DNA of 63,845 bases. Source: an uncultured archaeon. GTDB taxonomy: Archaea > Iainarchaeota > Iainarchaeia > Iainarchaeales > JAAZKV01. The notes under the pieces are model-generated. The model saw nothing but the letters and a program-made list of their open reading frames with translations, was not told the origin of the DNA and ran no database searches. The stretch covers positions 1-63,845 of the forward strand of contig CAYWUL010000004.1 in NCBI GenBank assembly GCA_964461205.1. Direction: 5' to 3'. Shown piece after piece: positions 28,155 to 37,440 of this stretch; position 1 is the stretch's first letter, and each line of letters starts with the position of its first letter. Made by a program: the position numbers and the translations under genes.

Positions 28155-29096
28155 CTATTTTCCAAGCATCCCATAATACATGTTCTTTACATATATTGTA
28201 TAGTTGTTGTCTTTTACAAAATATTCTACTGGATAAGCATAGTAAGCAACTCTTTCACCAATACCTGAAGTAGCTATTAATGGTAAATATCTTTGTAACA
28301 AATTTTCTTTTCCTTGTATTACTGAACCCTGATCAAGTGTTAAAACAATATTACTATTTGATGCATTAGGAAATTGTTTTACAATCGCAAAATCTCTATC
28401 AGGAGGTTGTATTCTTAATTCAAGTGCTGGAGAAGAACCATATATTAGAGGGTGATCTCCTGTTAATTCTGATTTAATTATTCCAACAGAAAATTTATTT
28501 TCTTGACATGTTTTTTCTTCACAATAATTTGCAACGTATCTTAATCCTAAAAATTCATCAAAATTTAAAGTTAAATATTCGGTTTCTGTTTCTTTTGCAC
28601 GAGCCCAAGCATTATCTAAAAGTTGAGTTCCTTTATTTACATCCATTAAGTTTTCTAATTCGTTAATTCCTTTTTCTACTCCAGCATCTCCAACCCAAAC
28701 AAGTCTTCCACCATTAAAGTTTACATAATTCATAAACATTTCAAGTTGTTCCATATTTATTTGTCGGGCTTGTTCAACAATAACTAACTTATATCTTTTT
28801 AGATTTCCAAGAGACACAGTATCTAAATGCGCCATATCAACTGTGTTTGCTCCAACCATATTAGGATCTTGCATAATTAATTTTAGTTCTTCAGGATTTC
28901 CTAAACCAGAATCACCATAAACAATTAACACTCTGGGGGCACCAAGAACAGTTTCGTAAATATCACACCAATAAGGAATGTCTCCGCAATTAACCATTCC
29001 CCCCCAAGTTAAAAGGAATAATACTACTATTAGAAGAACAATTACACCTATTACTTTCATTCCAATGTCGGCATAATTCATTTCCATCAAAACCAC
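28155..29096 (-). CDS. membrane-anchored extracytoplasmic protein, paralog of previous gene
   Basis: It has one TM followed by VLIVYGDSG...LVIVEQA...NGGRLVWVGDAG, the same motif order as the 27184-28029 protein. Confidence 0.45.
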   Translation of the reverse strand: MVLMEMNYADIGMKVIGVIVLLIVVLFLLTWGGMVNCGDIPYWCDIYETVLGAPRVLIVYGDSGLGNPEELKLIMQDPNMVGANTVDMAHLDTVSLGNLKRYKLVIVEQARQINMEQLEMFMNYVNFNGGRLVWVGDAGVEKGINELENLMDVNKGTQLLDNAWARAKETETEYLTLNFDEFLGLRYVANYCEEKTCQENKFSVGIIKSELTGDHPLIYGSSPALELRIQPPDRDFAIVKQFPNASNSNIVLTLDQGSVIQGKENLLQRYLPLIATSGIGERVAYYAYPVEYFVKDNNYTIYVKNMYYGMLGK

Positions 29097-29174
29097 TCAA
29101 ACAATACCATTTAAAAACTTCTCAATTTTCTAATATTATATAGAACGTTTAAGATATTTAATAATGGTGGTTTA

Positions 29175-29354
29175 ATGGTAAAATTTGTTAAGAATCAATC
29201 ACAACCTGGTTCAGGACCAAGTTCGGCAATAGGGATAACTAGATTCTTTGACGCTGACTCAAAAAGCCCAAAACTAAGTCCATACTTTATTGTTGGTGTG
29301 GCAGTAGTCGTAGTAATAATAATGCTTATTTTAAGAATTATAATGCCTGCATAA
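29175..29354 (+). CDS. secG: preprotein translocase Sec61 beta / archaeal SecG
   Basis: This 59-aa ORF falls below the track cut-off. It encodes MVKFVKNQSQPGSGPSSAIGITRFFDADSKSPKLSPYFIVGVAVVVVIIMLILRIIMPA. The G.SSA.G..R.FD....PK..P pattern plus a C-terminal TM is the Sec61beta signature. Confidence 0.7.
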   Translation: MVKFVKNQSQPGSGPSSAIGITRFFDADSKSPKLSPYFIVGVAVVVVIIMLILRIIMPA

Positions 29355-29388
29355 ATAGTTTTTTATTTTTCAAAAATCAATACTAGTT

Positions 29389-29856
29389 ATGAGAATAAGA
29401 AATGCACGCATAGAAGACGCTAAAGAAATTGTTTCTTTCAACAAACAAACTATTCGAAGAGTAAATGCAAAAGACTATCCAAAAGAAGTTATTGAAAAAT
29501 GGTCTCGTGCATTAAATGTGGTCCATTTTAGAAAAAGATTTAAGGAAGGGAATAGAAAAGTATTTGTTGCTGTTGAAGGAAAACAATTAGTTGGTTTTGT
29601 AGCAGTAAACTTAGAAAAGTTGAGTATAAGAGCATTGTATGTTCACCCCGATTTTATTGGAAGAGGAATAGGAAAAAAGTTATTAAAAAAAGGAGAAGAT
29701 TTTTTAAGAAGACAAGGCGTGAAAAAAAGTGTAATACATTGTTCATTAACAGCAATTCCTTTTTATGAATCTCAAGGATACAAAAAAGTTAGATGGGGCC
29801 ATTCTAAAATTGGCGAAGCAAAAGTCAAAGATTTAATTATGTCTAAAAAATTATAG
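29389..29856 (+). CDS. GNAT family N-acetyltransferase
   Basis: It has the acetyl-CoA binding motif RGIGKKLLKKGEDFLRRQG. Length is 155 aa. Confidence 0.8.
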   Translation: MRIRNARIEDAKEIVSFNKQTIRRVNAKDYPKEVIEKWSRALNVVHFRKRFKEGNRKVFVAVEGKQLVGFVAVNLEKLSIRALYVHPDFIGRGIGKKLLKKGEDFLRRQGVKKSVIHCSLTAIPFYESQGYKKVRWGHSKIGEAKVKDLIMSKKL

Positions 29857-29873
29857 AAAAACTAAGAAAAGAA

Positions 29874-32705
29874 TTATTTCTTTTTTATTTCTATTTTAAC
29901 TTTCTGTTCTTTTATTATTAATTCGTTCCCATTATTTGCTTTTTCTGTTATTGAGTCAGCTTGAACTGATTTCATAATTTCTTCCTTGAACTTTTTTACT
30001 GAATTTGAAATTAACTCTGAATCAGTTTGAATAAAAATTTCTATCCTGTCTTGGATTGTCAATTTTGCTTTCTTTCTCATATCATTTACTTTTCGCATTA
30101 TTTCTCTTGCAGCCCCCTCTTGTTCTAATTCAGGAGTCATTTTTATATCTAATTTAACTGAAAGTTCACTGCCTTTCTTTAATTCAACTTTTTTAATATT
30201 TAACTCATCCATTATTGGCTCTTTTAATTCATCTCTAATTTCTTTATTAGCAGTAATTGTAATTTTTGCCAATGGTTGTTTTACTGGAATCTTTACTTGT
30301 ATTCTTTCATCAAGCCCTTTGCTAACAATTTCTCTAACAGTAACCATTTCTTCTTCTAAAGAATCATCAATTTTTTTCTTATCAAACCTTGGCCATTCTT
30401 CTAAATGGACAGAATTCTTTTTCGCAAAATTTGTCCCTTTCAGAGATTGATAAATTTCTTCAGAAATAAAAGGAGTTATCGGCGCCAATACTTTAGATAA
30501 TTTGTCAAGAGCAAAAGCAAGGGTTTCAATTGCTTCCTTCTTTTCTTTTTTATTAGTGCTCTTGAATCTGTCTCTACTTCTTCGCACATACCATGTTGAA
30601 AGCAAATCAACAAATTCTAAAACATCAGAACAAACTTTCACAGTATTATAATCGTCAAGATTTTCTGTTGAATTTTTTATTAACTTGTGTGTCTTACTAA
30701 TTATCCATTTATCTAAAATATTTTTTGAAGAATCATTTTCTAGTTCAATATTTTTTGTTCCAAATAATTCATAAAATCTTTTTACATTTTCAAGAATCAT
30801 TAATACTTTTCGATTAATTTCTTTTACACTATCATCTAAAAAATTAATATCTTGTGCTCGCATTACTGGGGTTGACATTAAATAAAACCTAAAAGCATCT
30901 GCTCCAAATTCATCAATTAATTTATTTGGATCAGTGTAATTATTTTTTGATTTTGACATCTTACTGCCGTCTTTTGCCAAAATATTTCCTGAAACTACTG
31001 AATGAACAAACGGGCTTTTTCCAAGTAATAATACTCCAATTACGTGCATATAATAGAACCATGCTCGCACTTGTGCGATATATTCTGAAATAAAATCTGC
31101 CGGAAAATGTTTCTTTAACCACTCTTCATTCTCAAATGGATAATGCTTTGATGCATAAGGCATTGAACCTGATTCAAACCAACAATCAAGCACTTCTGGA
31201 ATTCTTTCCATCTTTTTTCCACATTTACATTTCAAATGTACTTTGTCAACAACATCTTTGTGCAAATCAATTTTGTCATCAACTTTTGTTGTCGCATTTT
31301 CTTGTAATTCTTTTATTGAACCAATTATTTTCATTTCCCCACAAGAACATTTCCACACAGGAATTGCTGTTGCCCAAAATCTATTTCGCGAAATACTCCA
31401 ATCAGGAGCAGTATCTATAATATAATTAAATCTCGTTTCGACATCTTTTGGATGCCATTTAATGTCCTTTGCTTTTTCTTTTAATTTTGTTTTTATTTTT
31501 TGTATATCAACAAACCAAGAGTCAACTGCATTATAAATTAAAGGAGTTTCACACCTATAACAAAAAGGATATGAGTGCGTACATTCTTTTGCTTCAATTA
31601 ATATTCCTCTATTGTATAAATCTTCTAATACATCTCCGTCAATATCTTTGAACCATTTTCCAATCCATTCTTTTGGTCCCTCAATAAGTTTACCATCTTT
31701 TCCAATGTGTTGTATTATTGGAAGATCATGTTTTCTTATTTGAGCATAATCAAATTCTCCATAAATCGCCATGTGAACTAATCCGGTTCCATCTTCACTT
31801 GTTACTTCATTTCCACCATCAATTACATAGAATCCTTTTTTTCCTTTTGTATCCATTTCATACAAAGGAACATATTCCACACCAACTATTTCTTTTCCTT
31901 TCATTTCTTCAATTAGTTTATAATCTTTAAATATTTTATCAACAAGATCTTTTGCCACAACAAATTTTTTTCCAAAAACATCCACTTTAACATAATCTAA
32001 TTTAGGATTTACTGCAATGGCAACATTTCCAATTAATGTCCAAGGTGTTGTTGTCCATGCTAATAAATATTCATCTTCACTACCTCTTATTTTGAAACCA
32101 ACTGTTGCTGTTTTTTCAGAAACATCTTTGTAAGAATTATCCATTTGTATTTCTGCATTTGCTAAAGGAGTTTCACATCTCGGACAATACATCAAAACTT
32201 TTTTGCCCTCATAAATATATCCTTTATCATAAATTGTTTTGAAAATATACCAAATTGACTCCATATATGTTTGGTCCATTGTTTTATATGAATCATCAAA
32301 CTCAATCCATTTTCCAATTCTATCAACCGTTTTTTTCCATTCATCAACAAAAGAAAGAACTTTTGATTTTGCTGCTTTGTTAAATTTGTCAACACCCATT
32401 TCTTCTATTTGTTTTTTTTCATTAATATTCAAACTTTTTTCAACAATATTTTCTATTGGTAAACCATGGCAGTCCCAACCCCATCTTCGATCTACCCTAT
32501 AACCTTTCATAGTATAATATCTTGGAAATAAATCCTTACTTACTAAAGAAAGAATGTGACCGTGGTGTGGTAAACCTGTTGCAAACGGAGGACCATCATA
32601 AAAAACATATTCCTTGTCTCTTGGTCTTTCTTCAACACTTCTTTCAAAGATATTGTTTTTCTTCCAGTAACTGGTAATCTTTTCTTCTACTTCTGTTCTA
32701 GTCAT
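29874..32705 (-). CDS. ileS: isoleucyl-tRNA synthetase (archaeal/eukaryotic type)
   Basis: Motifs are FYDGPPFATGLPHHGHIL (HIGH), GWDCHGLPIE, the CP1 editing region WTTTPWT and KMSKSKNN. Confidence 0.9.
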   Translation of the reverse strand: MTRTEVEEKITSYWKKNNIFERSVEERPRDKEYVFYDGPPFATGLPHHGHILSLVSKDLFPRYYTMKGYRVDRRWGWDCHGLPIENIVEKSLNINEKKQIEEMGVDKFNKAAKSKVLSFVDEWKKTVDRIGKWIEFDDSYKTMDQTYMESIWYIFKTIYDKGYIYEGKKVLMYCPRCETPLANAEIQMDNSYKDVSEKTATVGFKIRGSEDEYLLAWTTTPWTLIGNVAIAVNPKLDYVKVDVFGKKFVVAKDLVDKIFKDYKLIEEMKGKEIVGVEYVPLYEMDTKGKKGFYVIDGGNEVTSEDGTGLVHMAIYGEFDYAQIRKHDLPIIQHIGKDGKLIEGPKEWIGKWFKDIDGDVLEDLYNRGILIEAKECTHSYPFCYRCETPLIYNAVDSWFVDIQKIKTKLKEKAKDIKWHPKDVETRFNYIIDTAPDWSISRNRFWATAIPVWKCSCGEMKIIGSIKELQENATTKVDDKIDLHKDVVDKVHLKCKCGKKMERIPEVLDCWFESGSMPYASKHYPFENEEWLKKHFPADFISEYIAQVRAWFYYMHVIGVLLLGKSPFVHSVVSGNILAKDGSKMSKSKNNYTDPNKLIDEFGADAFRFYLMSTPVMRAQDINFLDDSVKEINRKVLMILENVKRFYELFGTKNIELENDSSKNILDKWIISKTHKLIKNSTENLDDYNTVKVCSDVLEFVDLLSTWYVRRSRDRFKSTNKKEKKEAIETLAFALDKLSKVLAPITPFISEEIYQSLKGTNFAKKNSVHLEEWPRFDKKKIDDSLEEEMVTVREIVSKGLDERIQVKIPVKQPLAKITITANKEIRDELKEPIMDELNIKKVELKKGSELSVKLDIKMTPELEQEGAAREIMRKVNDMRKKAKLTIQDRIEIFIQTDSELISNSVKKFKEEIMKSVQADSITEKANNGNELIIKEQKVKIEIKKK

Positions 32706-32775
32706 TTATTTTCACTGCATTCTGTCCTTTGCAAGAGCAAAGGGCAAATTCTTTCGCGGACCTTAATAAGGTCCA

Positions 32776-32847
32776 TGGGCACTGGCGGATTCGAACCGCC
32801 GACCGTTAGTGTATAAGACTAATGCTCCACCACTGAGCTAAGCGCCC
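32776..32847 (-). tRNA. tRNA-Ile(UAU)
   Basis: The reverse complement is GGGCGCU-UA-GCUC-AGUGGUG-GAGC-A-UUAGU-CUUAUAC-ACUAA-CGGUC-GGCGG-UUCGAAU-CCGCC-AGUGCCC-A. All stems pair. The anticodon loop CU-UAU-AC gives UAU with A37 and A73. Confidence 0.8.
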
Positions 32848-33167
32848 CTGAACCGAAAATCCGGTTCACGTATTGTGCGCCTTCGGCAGCACTTTTTTCA
32901 TAAACCTTTCTCAAATGTTCACATACACTGCATTCGCTTCGCGAAGCAGAGCTACTCAATAAATCTAAATAATTTTCTTCACCAGATGTAAGAAGTTGAG
33001 AGAAATAAGTTTTATAAGTATGACTAAGTGAATTAAAACCAGACTTATTGTTGAATGGAACACTGATTTTGATGAAACTTTTCTGAAAAGTCTCCGAGTA
33101 TGGCCAAACACCTTCTTGTAGTCATAATAGATTCTTTATCCACTTTACTTAAAAAACTAGTGTTTGC

Positions 33168-33809
33168 CTATTTTTTTGTTGATTTCTTTAATTCTTTAAT
33201 AATGTCTTTTGCTTCATCTTTCAGAGCTAAACCAAACCCTAGTCCGACCATCAAGCTCATCGCAAAAACGAATCCCGCAAAAGCAATTAGGAAAGCATAT
33301 TCAAGTAATTGTGTTGGTAAACCAATAATATTTATCGCCATTACTACCGCAATGTAAACAATCATTAGTTCTAACAACAAACCAAATATCTTTCTTAAAG
33401 AATGTTTTGTTGCTTCGATTGCATTTCTAGCAAACCTACCAATTATTAATCCTGCAATTATTACTCCAATTGCAACTATTATTAACAATGCATATTGTAT
33501 CCAAAAACCAAGTACAGTATTTAGAGTCATTAGGTTAACTAATTCTACTGCTTGTTTTAAGAAAATAAAAAAGATATACCATTTTGCTATTATTCCAACA
33601 ACTTCAGAAAAATCTTTGTTACCAATAGCTGCTAATAAGTTTTGTTGTTCAAACCATTCATCAATACCCATTGAACCAAGCAATTTTGAAATAATTATTT
33701 TTGCAATTACCCCAACAACATAACCAACAACAATAAAGGCTATTGCAACAAGTAGGCTTGGCAATACTCCGAGAAAAGAAGTATATATTGCAGTTAAAAT
33801 ATCAACCAT
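33168..33809 (-). CDS. hypothetical polytopic membrane protein
   Basis: 213 aa with about 5 TM segments and a K-rich C-terminus. Confidence 0.5.
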   Translation of the reverse strand: MVDILTAIYTSFLGVLPSLLVAIAFIVVGYVVGVIAKIIISKLLGSMGIDEWFEQQNLLAAIGNKDFSEVVGIIAKWYIFFIFLKQAVELVNLMTLNTVLGFWIQYALLIIVAIGVIIAGLIIGRFARNAIEATKHSLRKIFGLLLELMIVYIAVVMAINIIGLPTQLLEYAFLIAFAGFVFAMSLMVGLGFGLALKDEAKDIIKELKKSTKK

Positions 33810-33846
33810 GTTAACACATAGAGAGAAAAGAACTATTTAAATATTA

Positions 33847-34401
33847 CTAAGGTGTGGTGCCGATATTTTTTTCCATATCTTCAATTCTTTTTACAATTAA
33901 ATCTACTTTTGAAAGAAATTCTTCAAAAGAACCATTATTTTCTATCACAAAATCCATCTTTTCAAAAACCTCATGCATATTATACATCTTATCGTCTTCT
34001 CTATCTCTTTCTAAAAATTCGTCTAAGTGTTTTGATTCATCTTCTCTTCTATCAAATCGATTTTGTTCATTCGCATTAGTTAGAATCATTTTCGCATTAG
34101 GATATTTTTCTTTTATTTTTTCATATTCTCTCATTAATCTCAAACCAGAAATAACTACTTTGTCTTTTCCTTCTGCTTTTTTTAATACCCTTTCAATCAA
34201 ATAATCTTGACCTAATTCTTTTCTGAATCGTTCACCATAATTCGACATATTTGTCTTTGTTACTTCAAGTCCTCTTTCTTTTAATTCATCTGCAATAAAA
34301 TCAGAAAACCCAATTTTTGTATAACCTTTTTCTTCTAAGTGTTTTGCTAGAGCACTTTTTCCAGAACGTGCATATCCTGCGACCATTATTACTATTGGCA
34401 T
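33847..34401 (-). CDS. P-loop nucleotide/nucleoside kinase-like protein
   Basis: It has an N-terminal Walker A (VAGYARSGKS). The size and layout resemble adenylate/dephospho-CoA kinase-like archaeal proteins. The substrate is not assignable. Confidence 0.55.
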   Translation of the reverse strand: MPIVIMVAGYARSGKSALAKHLEEKGYTKIGFSDFIADELKERGLEVTKTNMSNYGERFRKELGQDYLIERVLKKAEGKDKVVISGLRLMREYEKIKEKYPNAKMILTNANEQNRFDRREDESKHLDEFLERDREDDKMYNMHEVFEKMDFVIENNGSFEEFLSKVDLIVKRIEDMEKNIGTTP

Positions 34402-34444
34402 GAAATAAATAAAAGAGAAGAAAATAAAAAGAGTGCTGAAAGAA

Positions 34445-34933
34445 TTATTTTCTCCTTCGTGTTAGTTTTGTTTTTGGAATTGTTTTTCTTATTATCCAAT
34501 TTCTTTCTTGTTTTTTTTCCATATTCATTTGCTTAGCTAATTTTTCATAAAAAGGTTCTGCCCCAACAGCAGCAGTTAAAATTACTCTCTCATATTTTTG
34601 TAATAATCTTTTTGTTGCTACTTGTAATAAAGTTCCACCAATAGTCATTTTTCTTCTTGAATCAACAACAGACAAAGCATGTATTTTTCCAACGCCTTGC
34701 ATATATCTGCCAAAATAAACAAACCCCGCTATTTTACCATTTACTCTTGCAATTATAACATCAGTTCCTTGCAAACGAGTTATTGGATTTGGAGGCACAA
34801 CTCCTAAATTTGGAACTCTTCTCCCTTCTAACCCCAACCCTTTTGCCCTAGGGTCAAGAAACTCTTCTGACATTTCAAATAATTCTTGCAATTCTTTTTT
34901 GTTTGCTAATTTTACTTCAAAACCTTGAGACAT
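34445..34933 (-). CDS. GNAT family acetyltransferase
   Basis: It has the ARVNGKIAGFVYF...LSVVDSRRKMTIGGTLL pattern and EPFYEKL. Confidence 0.6.
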   Translation of the reverse strand: MSQGFEVKLANKKELQELFEMSEEFLDPRAKGLGLEGRRVPNLGVVPPNPITRLQGTDVIIARVNGKIAGFVYFGRYMQGVGKIHALSVVDSRRKMTIGGTLLQVATKRLLQKYERVILTAAVGAEPFYEKLAKQMNMEKKQERNWIIRKTIPKTKLTRRRK

Positions 34934-34986
34934 AATAATAAATAGTATCCAAAGTATTTATTGTTTTTGTAAAAAAATTCTCTCAA

Positions 34987-35036
34987 TCCTGTCAAAGACA
35001 GGATGTAAGCGTATTCCGAACCGACCATACGGAATT
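34987..35036 (-). terminator. two hairpins then T-run after thermosome stop
   Basis: The hairpins are attccg-N11-cggaat (35014-35036) and atcctgtc-aaa-gacaggat (34987-35005). On the minus strand they are followed by AAUUUUUUU. Confidence 0.35.
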
Positions 35037-35040
35037 GGCC

Positions 35041-36675
35041 TTACATTCCCATTCCACTCATGTCCATTCCGCCAGGCATTCCTTGCGGAGGAGATGGTTT
35101 TGATGAACCTAGAATAATATCATCAATTCTTAGAATCATTTCAACTACTTCTGAAGAAGAGTTTATTGCTTGTGTTTTAACACTCAAAGGTTCAATAACA
35201 TTTGATTTTTTCATGTCTTCGATCCTTCCTTTGTAAACATTTACTCCAAAGTATTTTCCTTCTTTCTTTGTGTGCTTACTTCGTAATTCTACTAAGGCAT
35301 CTATTGGATCCATTCCTGCTGTTTCTGCAAGTGTTCGAGGAATTATTTCTAAACTTTCAGCAAATGCTTCGATTGCCAATTGTTCTCTTCCACCAATAGT
35401 TTTTGCATAATCTCTTAGTTGCATAGAAACTTCCATTTCGCATGATCCTGCACCAATAAGAACTTTTCCAACTCTTATTGCAGAAGCAACTGCTCCCATT
35501 GCGTCAACTAAAGCTCTTTCTGCTTCATCAACAACATGTTCAGTTCCCCCTCTTAATAAGATAGAAACACTCTTTGGATTCTTACAATCTTGTACAAAAA
35601 CCATTGCATCTCCTGAAACTTTTTTTTCTAAAACTTTTCCAGCATTTCCTAAATCAGTTTTATTCATTTCTTTTATTGTAGTAATAATACTCGCGCCTGT
35701 TGCTCGAGCTAATGCATCCATATCAGATTTTTTTACTCTTCTTACTGCAATAATTCCTTTCTTTGCTAAATAATGTTGTGCTAAATCATCAATTCCTTTT
35801 TGAGTGAAAACAACGTTCGCACCAACTTTTTCTATTTCAGAAACCATTGATTTTAATTGAGCTTCTTCTTGATCAATAAATGCTTGTAATTCATCAGGAG
35901 TAGAAATTTGTATCTTTGTATCATTTTCTGGTTCTTTTATTTCTAAAGCAACATCAAGCAATACTATTTTTGCATTATTAATTGATCTTGGCATTGCTGT
36001 GTGAACAATTTCCTTATCAATTACTATTCCTGAAATCAATTCAGAGTCTCTTAATGAAGCCCCCGTCTTTTTTTCTATTTTTATATTATCTTGATCAATA
36101 ATTATTTTTGAATTTGTTTCATCAGCAACATTATTTACTGCATTCAAAACTATTTCTGATAATTCTTCTGCTGATTCTGCTGCTTTTCCTGTCATAGAAG
36201 TTAAAGCAATTGTTTTCAAAGCTTTTTTGTCTTTAAAAGATACGTCATCAGCTGTGTCTAAATAAAATTGTTTTGCTTTTTGCGCAGCCATTCTGTACCC
36301 ATTAATTATTACACTAGGATGAATTGAATCGTCCAATAATTTTTCTGCTTTTTCAAGTAGAGTTCCTGCAATAACTACTGCTGTTGTTGTTCCATCTCCA
36401 ACTTCTTTGTCTTGTGTTTTTGCAACATCAACCATCATTTTTCCAACAGGGTGTTCAATCGCCATTTCTGAAAGAATAGTTGCTCCATCATTAGAAATTA
36501 TTACATCCCCCATATCATCAACTATCATCTTGTCCATTCCTTTTGGACCAAGAGTAGATTTTACTGCTTGAGCTACTGCTCTCGCAATCAAAATATTCAT
36601 TCTTTGAGCATCTCTACCCCTTGTTCTTCTTGCGCCTTCATTCATAAAAGCATCTTCTTGTTGTTTATCAGCCAT
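35041..36675 (-). CDS. ths: thermosome subunit (group II chaperonin)
   Basis: Motifs are [17 protein letters not shown] and VGGGA-like IGAGSCE. The C-terminal [13 protein letters not shown] tail is typical. A GAGGTGA SD lies 5-11 nt upstream. Confidence 0.92.
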   Translation of the reverse strand: MADKQQEDAFMNEGARRTRGRDAQRMNILIARAVAQAVKSTLGPKGMDKMIVDDMGDVIISNDGATILSEMAIEHPVGKMMVDVAKTQDKEVGDGTTTAVVIAGTLLEKAEKLLDDSIHPSVIINGYRMAAQKAKQFYLDTADDVSFKDKKALKTIALTSMTGKAAESAEELSEIVLNAVNNVADETNSKIIIDQDNIKIEKKTGASLRDSELISGIVIDKEIVHTAMPRSINNAKIVLLDVALEIKEPENDTKIQISTPDELQAFIDQEEAQLKSMVSEIEKVGANVVFTQKGIDDLAQHYLAKKGIIAVRRVKKSDMDALARATGASIITTIKEMNKTDLGNAGKVLEKKVSGDAMVFVQDCKNPKSVSILLRGGTEHVVDEAERALVDAMGAVASAIRVGKVLIGAGSCEMEVSMQLRDYAKTIGGREQLAIEAFAESLEIIPRTLAETAGMDPIDALVELRSKHTKKEGKYFGVNVYKGRIEDMKKSNVIEPLSVKTQAINSSSEVVEMILRIDDIILGSSKPSPPQGMPGGMDMSGMGM

Positions 36676-36713
36676 TATACCTCACCTCTAATTAAAAACC
36701 AGTATTATATATA

Positions 36714-36767
36714 GTGCCACTCAAAAAGGCATATAAATGTTATTGTGCGTTTGTGCCACTCAAAAAG
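36714..36767. promoter_or_regulatory. 15-nt direct repeat (gtgccactcaaaaag x2) bracketing a TATA-like box in the ths/kinase divergent promoter
   Basis: The copies are at 36714-36728 and 36753-36767. The TATA-like catataaatg lies between them. Confidence 0.35.
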
Positions 36768-36798
36768 CCTTAATAAATGAAAAAAACACTATTTCTTC

Positions 36799-37437
36799 AT
36801 GAAATATCAAAAAATCTCTAAAATTGCAAAAGGATGGAGCTCTTATATTTGGTTAGCTGAAGTTCTATCGAGCAACAGCGAAGATAGTACGCGTGTGAAC
36901 AGAGCAAGCAGTTCTGGGAAAAAAGTTGCTATTAAAGAAGTTAGAGAAAAATCAAATAGAAAGAATTTGGCTGAAAGAGAAGGAAAGATGTTGAAATTAG
37001 CTAACTCTGTTGGAGTTGGACCCAAATTAGTTGAAGCGAATTTTGAGAAAAATTTTGTTGTTTATGAATATGTTGAAGGTGAACGATTTTTTGACTTTGT
37101 TTTTTCTGGCGAATTTGAAAATGCCTCACGAAAAGAAATTTATTTTTTTGTAAAAGAATTAATGAGACAATGTTTATTACTTGATGAAATTGGTTTACGC
37201 CACACACAATTACAAGTAGGAAAAAATATTCTTGTAAAGAAGATTTTTATAAAAGGAAAAAAACAATTTGTTCCAGTAATAATTGATTTTGAGAAAGCAA
37301 GTGTTACTGAAGGTGCACTTCGGAATGCCCGTACGAAATCGGGAAAAAACTTCGGACAAATAACCTCTTTTTTATTTTATAATCCACACGGAAAAGTTGC
37401 TGAAAAAGTTAGAGAAAAATTGAATGTAAAACTATGA
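36799..37437 (+). CDS. small atypical protein kinase-like protein (Bud32/RIO-like size)
   Basis: It has a VAIKEV Lys region, a YEYVEG hinge and IIDFEKA (DFG-like). The catalytic loop reads HTQLQVGKNILV where HxDLxxxN is expected. Confidence 0.5.
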   Translation: MKYQKISKIAKGWSSYIWLAEVLSSNSEDSTRVNRASSSGKKVAIKEVREKSNRKNLAEREGKMLKLANSVGVGPKLVEANFEKNFVVYEYVEGERFFDFVFSGEFENASRKEIYFFVKELMRQCLLLDEIGLRHTQLQVGKNILVKKIFIKGKKQFVPVIIDFEKASVTEGALRNARTKSGKNFGQITSFLFYNPHGKVAEKVREKLNVKL

Positions 37438-37440
37438 GTT

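Noticed and set aside
33040-33095. C/D box sRNA around CUGA-UUU-UGAUGA-AACUUUU-CUGA
   Set aside because: D'/C'-like boxes are present, but the guide spacers would be only 7-8 nt instead of ~12, and the putative C box (UGUUGA) is imperfect. The same reasoning applies to the UGAUGA at 27111-27116.
33100-33357. 85-aa plus-strand ORF
   Set aside because: It mostly overlaps the better-supported 213-aa membrane protein gene on the opposite strand and has no motif support.
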